Origin: an uncultured Gammaproteobacteria bacterium
GTDB lineage: Bacteria > Patescibacteriota > Microgenomatia > CAZETR01 > Amesbacteraceae
NCBI GenBank assembly: GCA_964518565.1
Contig: CAZFGX010000001.1
Coordinates: 734,568 to 798,567, forward strand
DNA length: 64,000 bases
Direction: 5' to 3'
The translations under genes and the position numbers were made by a program. How positions within the stretch are numbered: the first letter of the stretch is position 1; each line of letters starts with the position of its first letter. Positions 1 to 10,783 of this stretch are shown one piece after another. The notes beneath the pieces were generated by a model, which saw only the letters and a program-made list of their open reading frames with translations, did no database searches and was not told the DNA's origin.

Positions 1-3000
1 ACTTCTTGGGATGTTAGTAGCACTGGTGTAGCTAGCGGTCTCACTGGTCTCACTTCATCTGGAACTATCACTTTTTCCGGACTCAGTAGTGCTGGCCTAG
101 TCACAAACACCTCCGGTGGTGTACTTGGCACCACTACTACTATCGGCGCTGCATATATCACCGCCGATTCCTTAGACTTCACTGAATTCAAAGACTCAAT
201 GGCCCTCGACGCCGCCCTCACCATAGCGCAGGGTACTAATACTTGGACTCAGACATTCACCGGTACGACTGGTCCTGCCATATCTCTGACCGCCTCTGGC
301 AATGTTTCTTCTGGTAATGCCTCTGCTTTGTATATCAATGCTTCAAATGCCTCATCCAGTGTCTCACCTGTCATGATTAGTAATAGCTCTGCTCAACCCA
401 GTATCTGGATCAACGACGATGGTACAGATGCCGACAGTACTCCATTTGTAGTTGATGCCTCTGGCAATGTCGGAATTGGCGATTCAACACCAGACAATGC
501 CTTAGATATTGCCGGCACCACAAATGGTATCTACGGTATTGATGTCACCAACTCCAGCAACGGCTCGGGTGCCGTAACCACAGCCAGCTTCACCAACGAT
601 GCTTCAGCTCAAGTGCTAGTCGGTATGGGTGGTTCCAACGCCATCGCCAATGTATTAGGTAGCCGAGCATTTATGCAAAGCAACTCTACTTCAAACGGTA
701 TCTCTCTAGTCGCAAATGGATCAGCCGACGACATTCGCTTCTTCACCGGTGGCCAAGCCACTACCAATGAAAAACTTAGAATCTCAGATCTTCCTGCCGC
801 AGGGGCTTCCGGAGACATCATTTCCTCCACCTACACCTTAAATGCCATGGATGGCTCAGACACTGTCAATGCCATGATTCTCAGCCTTACCAACCCCAAC
901 CACACCATTGGCTCAAATGTGCTAAATGGCATAAACATTGCTGGTATTACAGGTGACGCAGATGCTACTGAAAACGCCTTCCAAGTTGGAACCGGTTGGG
1001 ACAATGTCCTCTCATACAACAACACCGCCATCATCAATGGTTCAGGCATACTACAATCAGCCGCTCTCTCAGGAACATATTCAAATGCCCTAACGCTCTC
1101 CTCAACTTCAAACGCCTTCACTGGTACCATTGGTCAATCCACAGCCCTAGCCGGATCATTCACCACTCTATCCTCAACTGGAGCCACCACCTTGGGCAAC
1201 AATTCTTCCACAGTTGCTATCGACACCACTTCTTGGGATGTCAGTTCAGCTGGCGCCATCTCCGGACTCACTGGATTCACCCAAGCATCCGGAGCCTTTT
1301 CCTCCACTCTTAGTACTACAAATACTGCCACTTTCAATTCCACCACAGCCAATTCTGACTCTATCGGTATCAAGCCCCAAACCACCACAGCTACTAATTC
1401 TTTCACTGGCACCATCACTTCAGATGATCTGACTGCTGCTCGCACCTGGACTCTTCCAGATGCCACCGGTACCATCTGTGTCTCTGGCCAATCATGTGCT
1501 TTGACCGGTACCGTCACTTCATCAGGCAGTTCTCTAAACACCCAACTCGCCTACTTTACTAGCGACTCAAATATCACCGGTAGCAGCACCTACACATTTA
1601 GTCCCAGCCCCACAACTGGTGCTGGTTTAGCACTTACTGGTTCTGGAGTGACTTCCGGATCACTCTCTCGCTTCACTGGATCTGGCGCCACCATGACTAC
1701 CGGTGGTGAACTCCTAGACTTAGTCATGGGTGCCAACACAGTTGGTGCTGGCATGACAATTACTTCTACTGGTGTATATACCGGAACTGGCGCTGCCGAT
1801 GGTCTAATAAACGTCGTCGCCAATTCTCTTACCACCGGGCTCGGATCTCAATATTCCTACACCGGTCTTACATCTGGATCTGGTGAAAGAGTTACTGGAT
1901 CTGGCGCTACCATGACTACTGGTGGTGAACTTCTAGACTTAGTACTTGGTGCCAACACTGTCGGTGCCGGCATCACCGTTACCTCTTCTGGTACCTACAC
2001 TGGCACTGGATCAGCCGATGGACTCATCAATGTAGTTGCCAACTCTCTCACCACCGGCGATGGTTCAAAGATGTCCTTCACTGGTCTGACTTCTGGCACA
2101 GGTTTAGAAATCATCGGCGGTACATCAATGACTACCAACGGTGAATTAGTAGACTTAAATATGGGTGCCGCCACAGCTGGAAATGGTCTAAACATAAATA
2201 CTTCAGGCGTCTATACAGGTACTGGCCTAGCCGTTCTTACTGCAAACGCCATGACCACAGGCCAAGCCATGAGTATCTCCACTACCGGACTCACATCTGG
2301 ATCCGCTCAAAGAATCACCGGATCCGGAGCAACAATGACTACTGGCGGCGAATTAGTAGATTTAGTTCTAGGTGCCAACACAGTTGGCGCTGGTATGACC
2401 ATCACTTCCACGGGCGCCTACACAGGTGTCGGCACTGCTGACGGTTTAATAAACTTAACTGCCAATTCACTCACCACAGGATACGCTAGTCAAATATTTA
2501 CCAACGGCCTCACCACTGGTAGATCACTAAACATCAATTCCACATCAACAGCATTAACTACTGGTAGTCTTGGATATCTCGAATGGGCTCCTGGCTCCAG
2601 TACCACCGCCACATCTGCAGATCTTTTCCGCATCAACATTGGCACAAATGGTAATCTGTCATCAGGCAATTTATTCAATGTCACAGATGCCGGCACCACC
2701 CTCTTCTCTGTCAACGAATCTCAAGTTACTTCAGCTCTTCCACACCAATTCACCGCCTCAGGAGACGTATCTATCGCCTACGATCTCAATTTCACCAATC
2801 AAACTTCCAGCTTTATCAAATCCAATTCCTCACTCACTATCCAATCAGGTGAAAGTTTCGAATCAAACAATCTGACTCTACAAACCTATGGTTCTGGCCG
2901 AGTTGTCTTTGATGTCAACGGTACAGCCAACGGCGGCATCCTACTTTCAAATGCTCCTTCTTCCCAAACTCCCAAAGGCTTATTCATGGTCTCGGGAACT

Positions 3001-4434
3001 GCCACAAACAATGCGCTGGCCATCTTCAATGAAACTGGCAGTGCTGCCATTCTTACAGCTTCAAACTCTGGCACAACCGTCATGACCCTCACAAATGGTT
3101 CTGGTGCAGATCTTATTATCGGTGCCGATGGTACCAATACTGCCGCCAACATTAGCGGCAATGGTCTACTCGCTTATGGCGCCATCTGTGCCGACGACAC
3201 TCTAGACACAGCCGACGATTGTATCGACGCTTCCCGCACAGCCGGAACAGTGTATGGAATTTCTTCCAGCTTCACCATCGATGACGTTGGCGAAAACTTC
3301 CCCACACTCGACAACAACATTCAAGCCGGTGATGTCGTCAGTACAGATTATCAAAGCATTCCCAATGAACCAGCTGCTGAAAACTACGCTTACGAAACTG
3401 AATTCGTTAAAAAAGCTACAAACGGAGATACTTCAAAAGTCTTAGGCGTAATCTCCGAAAAACCTGGCGTACTTCTCGGTGGCTGGGGTCAGAAAAAAGA
3501 TCCACGCTCAGTCAAAGACGTGGCCATTGCCCTTTCTGGTCGTATTCCAGTTAAAATCTCTCAAAACTCAGCTCCTATTCAAGCCGGAGATTATCTGACC
3601 ACCAGTTCCGAACCTGGAAAAGCCCAAAAAGCCACCAAACCAGGCCATATGATTGGAAAAGCTTTAGATGCCTGGAATCCTAATAGCGGAAAAGACACTG
3701 TCCTATTCTTTGTCCAAAATGGTTGGGCGGATCCAACCAATTTCCTTGCTTTCGATGACAGTGGAAATCTTGTAGTGCCTGGTACAGTGACTGCTTCAGA
3801 ATTTGCTGCCAAAACAACAGATATCAACAATCAAACAATTCAAATTACCAATATCAAATCAGAATTAGATGTCCTAAAAGATCAAGTTGCTTCTATCTCT
3901 GCCGAACTAGCCAATCTCCAAACAAACAACGCCTCTTCTAGTGGTCTACCAATAGATCAAAACTGGGCAATTTCTACAGATTCTGGCCGACTAGTGACCA
4001 CTCTAGCCGTTCAAGTACCTCAGCTCTCAGTTACTGGCAGACTCAATGTCGGTACACTCGTCTTTGACGACATTCTCTCAGACATCACTTCATTAACAGG
4101 CGAAATTTCTCTCAACGGTGGCGTAGTCACGATCGACGATCAGGGTAATATCACCACCACTGGCACACTAGCCGCCAAAGAAATAACCACTGAAAAAGTA
4201 AATATCCTCGGTACGGCGACAGAAAGTGCCTCACTTGGCAAAGCAGTCATCCCCACTGGTACGACAGAATTCAGTATCGACACTACAGCGGTCTCCACTA
4301 GCTCATCAGTCTTTGTTACTCCAGAAATCCCAGTTGCCATCTCCGCAAGTGCCACAGAATCTGGTAAGTTTGTAGTTCGTATCCCCCAAATTCAACCTAC
4401 TGATGTCAAATTCAGCTGGTGGGTCATTAACTAA
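1..4434 (+). CDS. Giant Ser/Thr/Gly-rich surface/fibre protein, 5'-partial; C-terminal intramolecular-chaperone/autoproteolysis-like (Peptidase_G2/S74-like) domain plus coiled coil
   Basis: Frame +1 is open from base 1 (TSWDVSSTGVASG...), so the start lies upstream of the window. Beta-rich T/S/G repeats. C-terminal D.GENFPT..IQAGDVVS..VLGVISEKPG..ALSGRIPVK..IQAGDYLTTS pattern, followed by a heptad segment. Confidence 0.75.
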   Translation, partial: TSWDVSSTGVASGLTGLTSSGTITFSGLSSAGLVTNTSGGVLGTTTTIGAAYITADSLDFTEFKDSMALDAALTIAQGTNTWTQTFTGTTGPAISLTASGNVSSGNASALYINASNASSSVSPVMISNSSAQPSIWINDDGTDADSTPFVVDASGNVGIGDSTPDNALDIAGTTNGIYGIDVTNSSNGSGAVTTASFTNDASAQVLVGMGGSNAIANVLGSRAFMQSNSTSNGISLVANGSADDIRFFTGGQATTNEKLRISDLPAAGASGDIISSTYTLNAMDGSDTVNAMILSLTNPNHTIGSNVLNGINIAGITGDADATENAFQVGTGWDNVLSYNNTAIINGSGILQSAALSGTYSNALTLSSTSNAFTGTIGQSTALAGSFTTLSSTGATTLGNNSSTVAIDTTSWDVSSAGAISGLTGFTQASGAFSSTLSTTNTATFNSTTANSDSIGIKPQTTTATNSFTGTITSDDLTAARTWTLPDATGTICVSGQSCALTGTVTSSGSSLNTQLAYFTSDSNITGSSTYTFSPSPTTGAGLALTGSGVTSGSLSRFTGSGATMTTGGELLDLVMGANTVGAGMTITSTGVYTGTGAADGLINVVANSLTTGLGSQYSYTGLTSGSGERVTGSGATMTTGGELLDLVLGANTVGAGITVTSSGTYTGTGSADGLINVVANSLTTGDGSKMSFTGLTSGTGLEIIGGTSMTTNGELVDLNMGAATAGNGLNINTSGVYTGTGLAVLTANAMTTGQAMSISTTGLTSGSAQRITGSGATMTTGGELVDLVLGANTVGAGMTITSTGAYTGVGTADGLINLTANSLTTGYASQIFTNGLTTGRSLNINSTSTALTTGSLGYLEWAPGSSTTATSADLFRINIGTNGNLSSGNLFNVTDAGTTLFSVNESQVTSALPHQFTASGDVSIAYDLNFTNQTSSFIKSNSSLTIQSGESFESNNLTLQTYGSGRVVFDVNGTANGGILLSNAPSSQTPKGLFMVSGTATNNALAIFNETGSAAILTASNSGTTVMTLTNGSGADLIIGADGTNTAANISGNGLLAYGAICADDTLDTADDCIDASRTAGTVYGISSSFTIDDVGENFPTLDNNIQAGDVVSTDYQSIPNEPAAENYAYETEFVKKATNGDTSKVLGVISEKPGVLLGGWGQKKDPRSVKDVAIALSGRIPVKISQNSAPIQAGDYLTTSSEPGKAQKATKPGHMIGKALDAWNPNSGKDTVLFFVQNGWADPTNFLAFDDSGNLVVPGTVTASEFAAKTTDINNQTIQITNIKSELDVLKDQVASISAELANLQTNNASSSGLPIDQNWAISTDSGRLVTTLAVQVPQLSVTGRLNVGTLVFDDILSDITSLTGEISLNGGVVTIDDQGNITTTGTLAAKEITTEKVNILGTATESASLGKAVIPTGTTEFSIDTTAVSTSSSVFVTPEIPVAISASATESGKFVVRIPQIQPTDVKFSWWVIN
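1675..2480 (+). repeat. About four intragenic ~68-73 aa repeats (TGSGATMTTGGELLDLVxGANTVGAGxTITSxGxYTG...ANSLTTG)
   Basis: Copies start near 1675, 1894, 2110 and 2317; the first two are 219 nt apart. Confidence 0.85.
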
Positions 4435-4435
4435 C

Positions 4436-7400
4436 ATGCGTATCAAAAAACCCAAATTCACCAAGAAAAAATTCTTTAGTTTTATCAGCAGTTTATTTCT
4501 TTTTATCGGAATTGCGGCAGTCTTTATGCGGCTTACAGCACCGGCAATCGAAGCCGCTTGGTTCGATGATACGTATGCCTATCGTGTCAAACTCATTTTT
4601 ACCCACAATGCCACTATTGGTGACCCTCGAGCCGTGACTTACAGGCTCGATACCGCCGAACTCATTTCGGCCAACATGATGCAATCAGATTGTGATGATA
4701 TTCGGTTTACAGATGTAAATGGCAAATCATTACTCTATGACCTTACAGGCACTTGCAACAACGCCACCACTGCATTTGAAATAGTTTTTCCCAACATAGT
4801 AAACGGATCAAATATTGCCTATGCGTATTACGGCAGTCCAAATGCCGTGAACGGTGAAATCGACTCTACCCAATTTACAGCTCTCACCCCATCTGGAGGC
4901 GATCCATCAGACGAAACCGCACCCACCACCAATCAAGAAGTAGGCCCCGGCCCAATTCTGTATTGGAAATTTGATGAAAAAGTCGGCACTACTGCATATG
5001 ACAGCACCTTAAACAGAAACAACGGCACGGTTGATTCTGCTTCTTATTGGAAAACTCCAGATTTATGTGCCAGTGGTCCATGTATTTATTTCACCGGTGG
5101 CAACAATCGTGTTTCCAAAAGTTACAGTTCAGATACTGAACTTGATCCTGGCAGTGGCAGTATGACTATCTCAGCCTGGACAAAACGTTCAGCCACAGCT
5201 ACTGATACAGACTATATCGTTTCCCGCGAATCTACCGGTGGATACAACTTATATATGAACAGTAGCGGCAATCTGTGTTTTGAAATCAAATCCGGCGCCA
5301 ACACAGACACTGCCTGCTCCACCACAACCTATGTAGATTCTACTTGGCACTATATCACTGGAGTAAAAAATGCCACCACATCAATAACTCTCTATATAGA
5401 TGGCAAACAAATGGGTCAAGACGCATCAATATCCGCCACCGGTTCAATCAGCGGTTCGTCCCCTACATTTTCCGTTGGTAGAAATTCCGACGGCGTCACT
5501 ACAAATGAATGGGTAGGTTTTATAGATGAAGTCAAATACTACAATTACGCCAAATCCGCCACTCAAGTACTGAATGAATTTAGCACCAAAACTCAATCAA
5601 AAGGTACCAATGCATCTTTTGGCGATAGTAGCACTACAAATCTTTCCAGCAATGGCCTGATGGGCTATTGGAAAATGGATGAGTACACCTCAAATCTCTG
5701 TTCAGGCGGCGCAAATGATAGTTGTGACTCATCTGGAAACAGTAATGATGGTCTATGGAATGGCAATGTCGCCGCCGTCTCTGCCACCAAATATTTTTAC
5801 GGCACATCCTACGACGGTACTGGAGATTATGTTGGCACTTCAAACAATAATTCAGTCAAAGGTAAATCCCAAGTTTCGGTGTCTATGTGGATCTACCCCA
5901 CAACAGTCAATTCCGTCCAACGAGACATCTATGCCGAACCCATAAATGCCGATGATTCAAATCGTTTTGAGCTAATGCTAGATTCTGACAACGCTATGTA
6001 TTTTGGTGGCCGCAGCACCGACACCAACAGTTTTGAAGATTGGGCAGATGGCACTACTACTATTAGTGCAAATAATTGGTATCACATTGTCGCTATATAC
6101 GACGGTGTAACCGGTAAACACAAACTATATGTCAACAATATTCTCCAAGACTCTTTCTCGACCACCCCAAGAGCCTTTGACAACACAAATCCATTTGCAG
6201 TCCCAAGAATTGGCGCCAACACTCTCGGAACTACTGGATTCATAGGCCGAATCGACGAAGTCAAACTTTACAGCCGAGCCCTAAGTGCCAATGAAGTCAC
6301 CAATTTATACGATGTTGGACCTGGTCCAGTCGGATATTACAAACTCGATGAAGCCGGTGGCACTACTGTGACAGACAATGCCAGCGCAAATACAGGAGTT
6401 CTCACTTCTAGTCCTGTTTGGGTCACCGGCAAATACGGACAAGGTCTAAAATTTGACGGCAGTGCTTCGTATGTCCGTGGCGACTCCCCTTCTACAAACT
6501 TAGCCTTAGTAGAAAATGTCACTGTCTCTGCCTGGGTCTATCGCCGCGTCGCCGGGGCCAATCACACCGTCGTCGAATATGCTTCAAATGGTGAAACCGA
6601 AACCACCAACGAAGCCTACAGTTTATTAATCAACTCGACAAACAATCTGGAGCTAAATTGGGAACATAGCACAGGGACAAACGATAGCACTGTTTCCACC
6701 GCCACGCTAACGACCACCTCCGGCGCCTGGATTCATGTCGCCGCAGTACGAGATATAAACAACAACACCGTCAAATTTTACGAAAATGGCGTTCAGTTAG
6801 GCACTACGGTTTCATATACAAACGATCCATCTGGTTCAGACAGCTCGTCAAATCGTATAGATATCGGTCGAGATGCCAGCAATGGTACAAACTATTTTGA
6901 CGGCACGATAGATGATGTAAGAATTTATAACTACACGCTCACCCCCAAACAATTAGCCATTGAAATGAATGCCGACCATCCCACAGTTGGCACACCCGTC
7001 GGCGCATATATCTCCTATTGGCCATTTGATGAAGGACGGGGTACTACGGCCAATGACAAATCATTAAATGCCGACAATCTCACTCTTTCCACTTCATCCT
7101 GGACCAGCACTGGAAAATTTTTCAATGCCTGGAATGGCCTTGGTACAAACTACATCTCTCGGTCAAATGACAGTGATTACGATGTCGACACCAACAGTTT
7201 TTCAATTAGTTTTTGGTTCAAGTCAGACAACAGCGGCGGCTCAGGTACCCAGTACATAGTAAACCGTGCCTCGTCCACCATCGCCGGATTTGCCGTCTAT
7301 GGAAATTCTTCTGGAAACATTGTCTTTGGCGTGGACGACGACACCAGCTGGGGGCCAGATGCCATCGTCACCTCTTCCAGCAATTTATACAATCAAGCCT

Positions 7401-9070
7401 GGCATCACATTGTCGCCGTAAAAACCGATACTTCCAGATTAGACCTGTATGTCGACGGCAAGCTAAATGCCTCAACAACTACTGGTGTTCCCACTGGCTC
7501 TCTTTCAAACGACCTTACCTTATATATAGGTGATCGCGACGGTACAGACAATGGCGATGAAGCCTTGGTGGATCTTGATGAAGTCAAAATTTATTCTGGC
7601 GCCTTGTCTCTTCAAGATGTCCAAGTCGAATACAATCACGCTTCCCAAACCCAACTCGGATCGCTCTCCACCAGTTCAGATGGTGTCACCATAGCAAACG
7701 ATACTGCACGTGGATACTGTGTCCCTGGCGATACCTCTACATGCAACACCCCAGTCTTAGAATTACAAATGGATGAAAACTCAGGCACATCAGCATTTGA
7801 CACCTCCGGAAATGGCAACACCGGCACACTCACGTTAGGCCCCACCTGGACAGCAGGCAAATTAGGCCCAGCCGTAAGTTTCGACGGCTCAGACGACTAC
7901 ATCACCGTTACAGACGCCAACAGTTTAGATCTCACCACCAGCGGTTCAGCCATGGCCTGGGTACGTCGAACCAGCACAGGTACTTACGACACGATCCTAG
8001 GCAAAGGTGCAGCAAACGCTGCAGCATCCCACAATTACGCTATGGAATTTACCGATACAAACACAATGGATGTCATTGTCGGTGGTGGTGGTGTGAGTGG
8101 CCAAACTTGCAACGACGGTTCTACGACATTTACAGACACCACCAACTGGCATCACTATGCTATGACGTGGGACAATTCAAATATACGTTTCTATTACGAC
8201 GGTAAACAAGCATTCAGTTGTACTCAAACTGTAGCAGGCACGGCAAATACAGCAGCATTATTAATAGGAATGTTTGGCGGAAGTGTGGACAATCTCGCCG
8301 GACAAATAGACTCAGTCAAAGTCTACAATTACACTCGCAGCGCATCTCAAATATCCTGGGATTACAACCAAGGCAAATCAGTCGCATATTGGAAATTTGA
8401 TGAATGTCAGGGATCTACTCTCTATGATTCATCTGGTGGCGGCTACAATGGTACTTGGAATGGCGCTTCCAGCGGCACTCAAACATCAGTCGGCTCATGC
8501 AACACTTCAAGTACTGCCTGGGGCAATGGCGCTACTGGCAAATTCAGTTCATCACTAAACTTTGACGGTACAAACGACTATGTCGAAGTCGCAAATGCCG
8601 CAGCATTAAATTATGTTTCTAGACCATTTAGTATTTCTGTATGGCTCAATAAAGGTAGTTCATTTGGCTCAACCTTTGCCCGCGTAGTAGACAAAATTAG
8701 TGCCGGCACAGGAAATGGCTATGGAATAGATATGCACGACACAACCATTCGCATCTTGGGTAGCACCAGCGTTGGCTTTACCTACTCTACCTCATCCAGC
8801 ACCTGGTACCATCTCGTAGCCACATATGACGGATCAAGTACTGGTACTTTATATATAAATGGAAACTTAGTTAGTTCTGGCTCATATGCAGCAGCCAATG
8901 CCTACACCGGCACACTTCGTATCGGTGCCGCCAGCGACGCCACCTCACCATTTACCGGTAAAATTGATGAAGTACAAATATTCCCCTATGCACTCACCGC
9001 CAGACAAGTAAAAACCATTTACAACCAAAACTCTGCCATTCGCTTTGGTCCACAAACTGGTACACCCTAG
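4436..9070 (+). CDS. Secreted multi-LamG (concanavalin A-like jellyroll) protein with N-terminal DUF2341-like domain
   Basis: Start MRIKKPKF, then a hydrophobic signal and AAWFDDTYAYR..DCDDIRFTD. Six modules of the form YWKFDE..W.H....YIDG..G.IDEVKIY. The ATG is 1 nt after the upstream stop. Confidence 0.85.
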   Translation: MRIKKPKFTKKKFFSFISSLFLFIGIAAVFMRLTAPAIEAAWFDDTYAYRVKLIFTHNATIGDPRAVTYRLDTAELISANMMQSDCDDIRFTDVNGKSLLYDLTGTCNNATTAFEIVFPNIVNGSNIAYAYYGSPNAVNGEIDSTQFTALTPSGGDPSDETAPTTNQEVGPGPILYWKFDEKVGTTAYDSTLNRNNGTVDSASYWKTPDLCASGPCIYFTGGNNRVSKSYSSDTELDPGSGSMTISAWTKRSATATDTDYIVSRESTGGYNLYMNSSGNLCFEIKSGANTDTACSTTTYVDSTWHYITGVKNATTSITLYIDGKQMGQDASISATGSISGSSPTFSVGRNSDGVTTNEWVGFIDEVKYYNYAKSATQVLNEFSTKTQSKGTNASFGDSSTTNLSSNGLMGYWKMDEYTSNLCSGGANDSCDSSGNSNDGLWNGNVAAVSATKYFYGTSYDGTGDYVGTSNNNSVKGKSQVSVSMWIYPTTVNSVQRDIYAEPINADDSNRFELMLDSDNAMYFGGRSTDTNSFEDWADGTTTISANNWYHIVAIYDGVTGKHKLYVNNILQDSFSTTPRAFDNTNPFAVPRIGANTLGTTGFIGRIDEVKLYSRALSANEVTNLYDVGPGPVGYYKLDEAGGTTVTDNASANTGVLTSSPVWVTGKYGQGLKFDGSASYVRGDSPSTNLALVENVTVSAWVYRRVAGANHTVVEYASNGETETTNEAYSLLINSTNNLELNWEHSTGTNDSTVSTATLTTTSGAWIHVAAVRDINNNTVKFYENGVQLGTTVSYTNDPSGSDSSSNRIDIGRDASNGTNYFDGTIDDVRIYNYTLTPKQLAIEMNADHPTVGTPVGAYISYWPFDEGRGTTANDKSLNADNLTLSTSSWTSTGKFFNAWNGLGTNYISRSNDSDYDVDTNSFSISFWFKSDNSGGSGTQYIVNRASSTIAGFAVYGNSSGNIVFGVDDDTSWGPDAIVTSSSNLYNQAWHHIVAVKTDTSRLDLYVDGKLNASTTTGVPTGSLSNDLTLYIGDRDGTDNGDEALVDLDEVKIYSGALSLQDVQVEYNHASQTQLGSLSTSSDGVTIANDTARGYCVPGDTSTCNTPVLELQMDENSGTSAFDTSGNGNTGTLTLGPTWTAGKLGPAVSFDGSDDYITVTDANSLDLTTSGSAMAWVRRTSTGTYDTILGKGAANAAASHNYAMEFTDTNTMDVIVGGGGVSGQTCNDGSTTFTDTTNWHHYAMTWDNSNIRFYYDGKQAFSCTQTVAGTANTAALLIGMFGGSVDNLAGQIDSVKVYNYTRSASQISWDYNQGKSVAYWKFDECQGSTLYDSSGGGYNGTWNGASSGTQTSVGSCNTSSTAWGNGATGKFSSSLNFDGTNDYVEVANAAALNYVSRPFSISVWLNKGSSFGSTFARVVDKISAGTGNGYGIDMHDTTIRILGSTSVGFTYSTSSSTWYHLVATYDGSSTGTLYINGNLVSSGSYAAANAYTGTLRIGAASDATSPFTGKIDEVQIFPYALTARQVKTIYNQNSAIRFGPQTGTP

Positions 9071-9122
9071 CTAGCTTATACCCCTTGACTCAAATAGATC
9101 AAAGTAATAATCTGTACATCAG

Positions 9123-9320
9123 ATGACATCAGCAAATCTTTCCGAACTTCCAGACCTTCTCACTGTCAAAGAAGTCGCTGCTGTCTTACGAGTTTCAGTT
9201 CTTACAGTCAAACGCTGGGGCAAACGCGGTAAGCTCGTCCCTATCCGTATCAACTCCCGCGGCGATCGTCGCTACAAAAAAGAAGCCGTCCAATGGCTTC
9301 TCGGAATAACTCCTAAATAG
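9123..9320 (+). CDS. Small MerR/excisionase-type HTH (HTH_17, BldC-like) DNA-binding protein
   Basis: LLTVKEVAAVLRVSVLTVKRWGKRGKL..IRINSRGDRRY; TTGACT upstream at 9085. Confidence 0.85.
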   Translation: MTSANLSELPDLLTVKEVAAVLRVSVLTVKRWGKRGKLVPIRINSRGDRRYKKEAVQWLLGITPK

Positions 9321-10005
9321 CAAACTCCTGAATCTTATCTCCTACCCGCACCATATAGTTCCCCTTGGTCAAATCCAATATTTTTCCAATATATCCATTA
9401 TCTCCCACTCCTGTCATTGGTAACTGTTGCCACTCACTCGCACCAACTGATTTATATTCCACTAGATCCACCTTCTGTCGACTTACCACCGTTACCAAAA
9501 CAGAACGAGAATCTATAGGCAAAACAGAAATACTAAATATTTCAGACTTTGCCCCCACCTGGGTATTCTGAGACCGAGAAGCCAATTTCATACTTACCCA
9601 CAATCCACCCAATAGAAAAACAGCCACAAAGCTCAAAAATAATACCCGCGGCGCACTAGCAGGTTTTGATCCCGCTGCTCCATCACTAATCTTTTGTACA
9701 AACAGCCCATCTCCTCCATACCAACGTTTTCCACAGCGCACACAATATCGTACTTCAATAGTCACTGGCACATCTTCGCCCACATATCGCTGCAACATCA
9801 TTCCATCTTGAGGACACACACCAGTACCCCCCTTTAACCATAAGGAATCGATTTTTACTCGCCTCATGGCAACGAGCGCATGGGGATCGATCTCAGAAAA
9901 TGTATGCGCATCAGCCCAAAATCCCCCACAATGAAAACATCTGTACAAAAATTTTCCATCGATTTGTATATCGGACAATCGCGAACCACAATCAGGGCAT
10001 TTCAT
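9313..10005 (-). CDS. Double zf-TFIIB-like zinc-ribbon membrane protein with extracellular beta domain
   Basis: CPDC..CFHCGGFW..CPQD..CVRCGKRW, then a TM helix. Likely start MKCPDC. Confidence 0.7.
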   Translation of the reverse strand: MKCPDCGSRLSDIQIDGKFLYRCFHCGGFWADAHTFSEIDPHALVAMRRVKIDSLWLKGGTGVCPQDGMMLQRYVGEDVPVTIEVRYCVRCGKRWYGGDGLFVQKISDGAAGSKPASAPRVLFLSFVAVFLLGGLWVSMKLASRSQNTQVGAKSEIFSISVLPIDSRSVLVTVVSRQKVDLVEYKSVGASEWQQLPMTGVGDNGYIGKILDLTKGNYMVRVGDKIQEFAI

Positions 10006-10720
10006 CTTGTTTAGTATACTCAATAACTAGTGGGTATTCCCGCTCAAATATCTTATAAATATAGTTTCCTGGGGTAAGTTTTCTCAAACTCGCTCGATAC
10101 CGCCGACCATCAAATTGAACCGGAACTGTAGAATAGTTCAGTTGGCCTGCAGGACGATACAAAATATTCGACACTGGCATACTGGAAGCAAAAACAATAT
10201 CTACATCTCCCTGACCAATAAACACAATAGCAATCCCCGACGCCTCACTACTCGCAGAAATTCCCACCCGCTGTGGCAGCTGTACCAATACGATTGATGT
10301 TGCCACCGCCCCAATGACAAAAATCAAACTTAAGGCCGGCAACGCTACCTTTTTCAATCCATCCTTATTCCATTGCAAGGTATACTCACGCTTAGCTTTC
10401 ATTGCTTCATAAAAAGTGAACAATGAATTGTGCGGAAACCACCAATTTCTACACGCATCACATACACCTGCCACAAATCCCTCTGGCACTAGCTCACGAT
10501 GTGGCGAGTTTAAAATCCAGCCATCGGTAGGACACGCATTAGTCCCTCCAGCAGGACTTTCGCCAGCATGTTCTTTTACTTCCAAACTCTTTCCTTCTGC
10601 CAACGCATTGACCACCCAATTTGGCACCCAAAATCCTCCACATCGAGCACAACGAAAAGACTCATCAATTCCTATGACAGAAACAGTTTGCAGCTCCGCC
10701 GCACACCCCGGACACAACAT
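9992..10720 (-). CDS. Paralogous double zf-TFIIB-like zinc-ribbon membrane protein
   Basis: CPGC..CARCGGFW..CPTD..CDACRNWW, TM helix, beta-rich tail. TATACT lies 8 nt before the ATG. Confidence 0.7.
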   Translation of the reverse strand: MLCPGCAAELQTVSVIGIDESFRCARCGGFWVPNWVVNALAEGKSLEVKEHAGESPAGGTNACPTDGWILNSPHRELVPEGFVAGVCDACRNWWFPHNSLFTFYEAMKAKREYTLQWNKDGLKKVALPALSLIFVIGAVATSIVLVQLPQRVGISASSEASGIAIVFIGQGDVDIVFASSMPVSNILYRPAGQLNYSTVPVQFDGRRYRASLRKLTPGNYIYKIFEREYPLVIEYTKQDEMP

Positions 10721-10783
10721 ATAAAAATAGTATAGCTTAACCAAAAGTTGACAACCAACCCAAAAAGGATTAATACTTAATGT

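Noticed and set aside
1675-2480. CRISPR array or DGR template/variable repeat
   Set aside because: The repeats are in-frame coding repeats with mostly synonymous differences; there are no spacers, cas genes or reverse transcriptase.
1-9320. Prophage (tail fibre plus excisionase)
   Set aside because: No integrase, terminase, capsid or portal genes; the flanks are housekeeping and surface genes.
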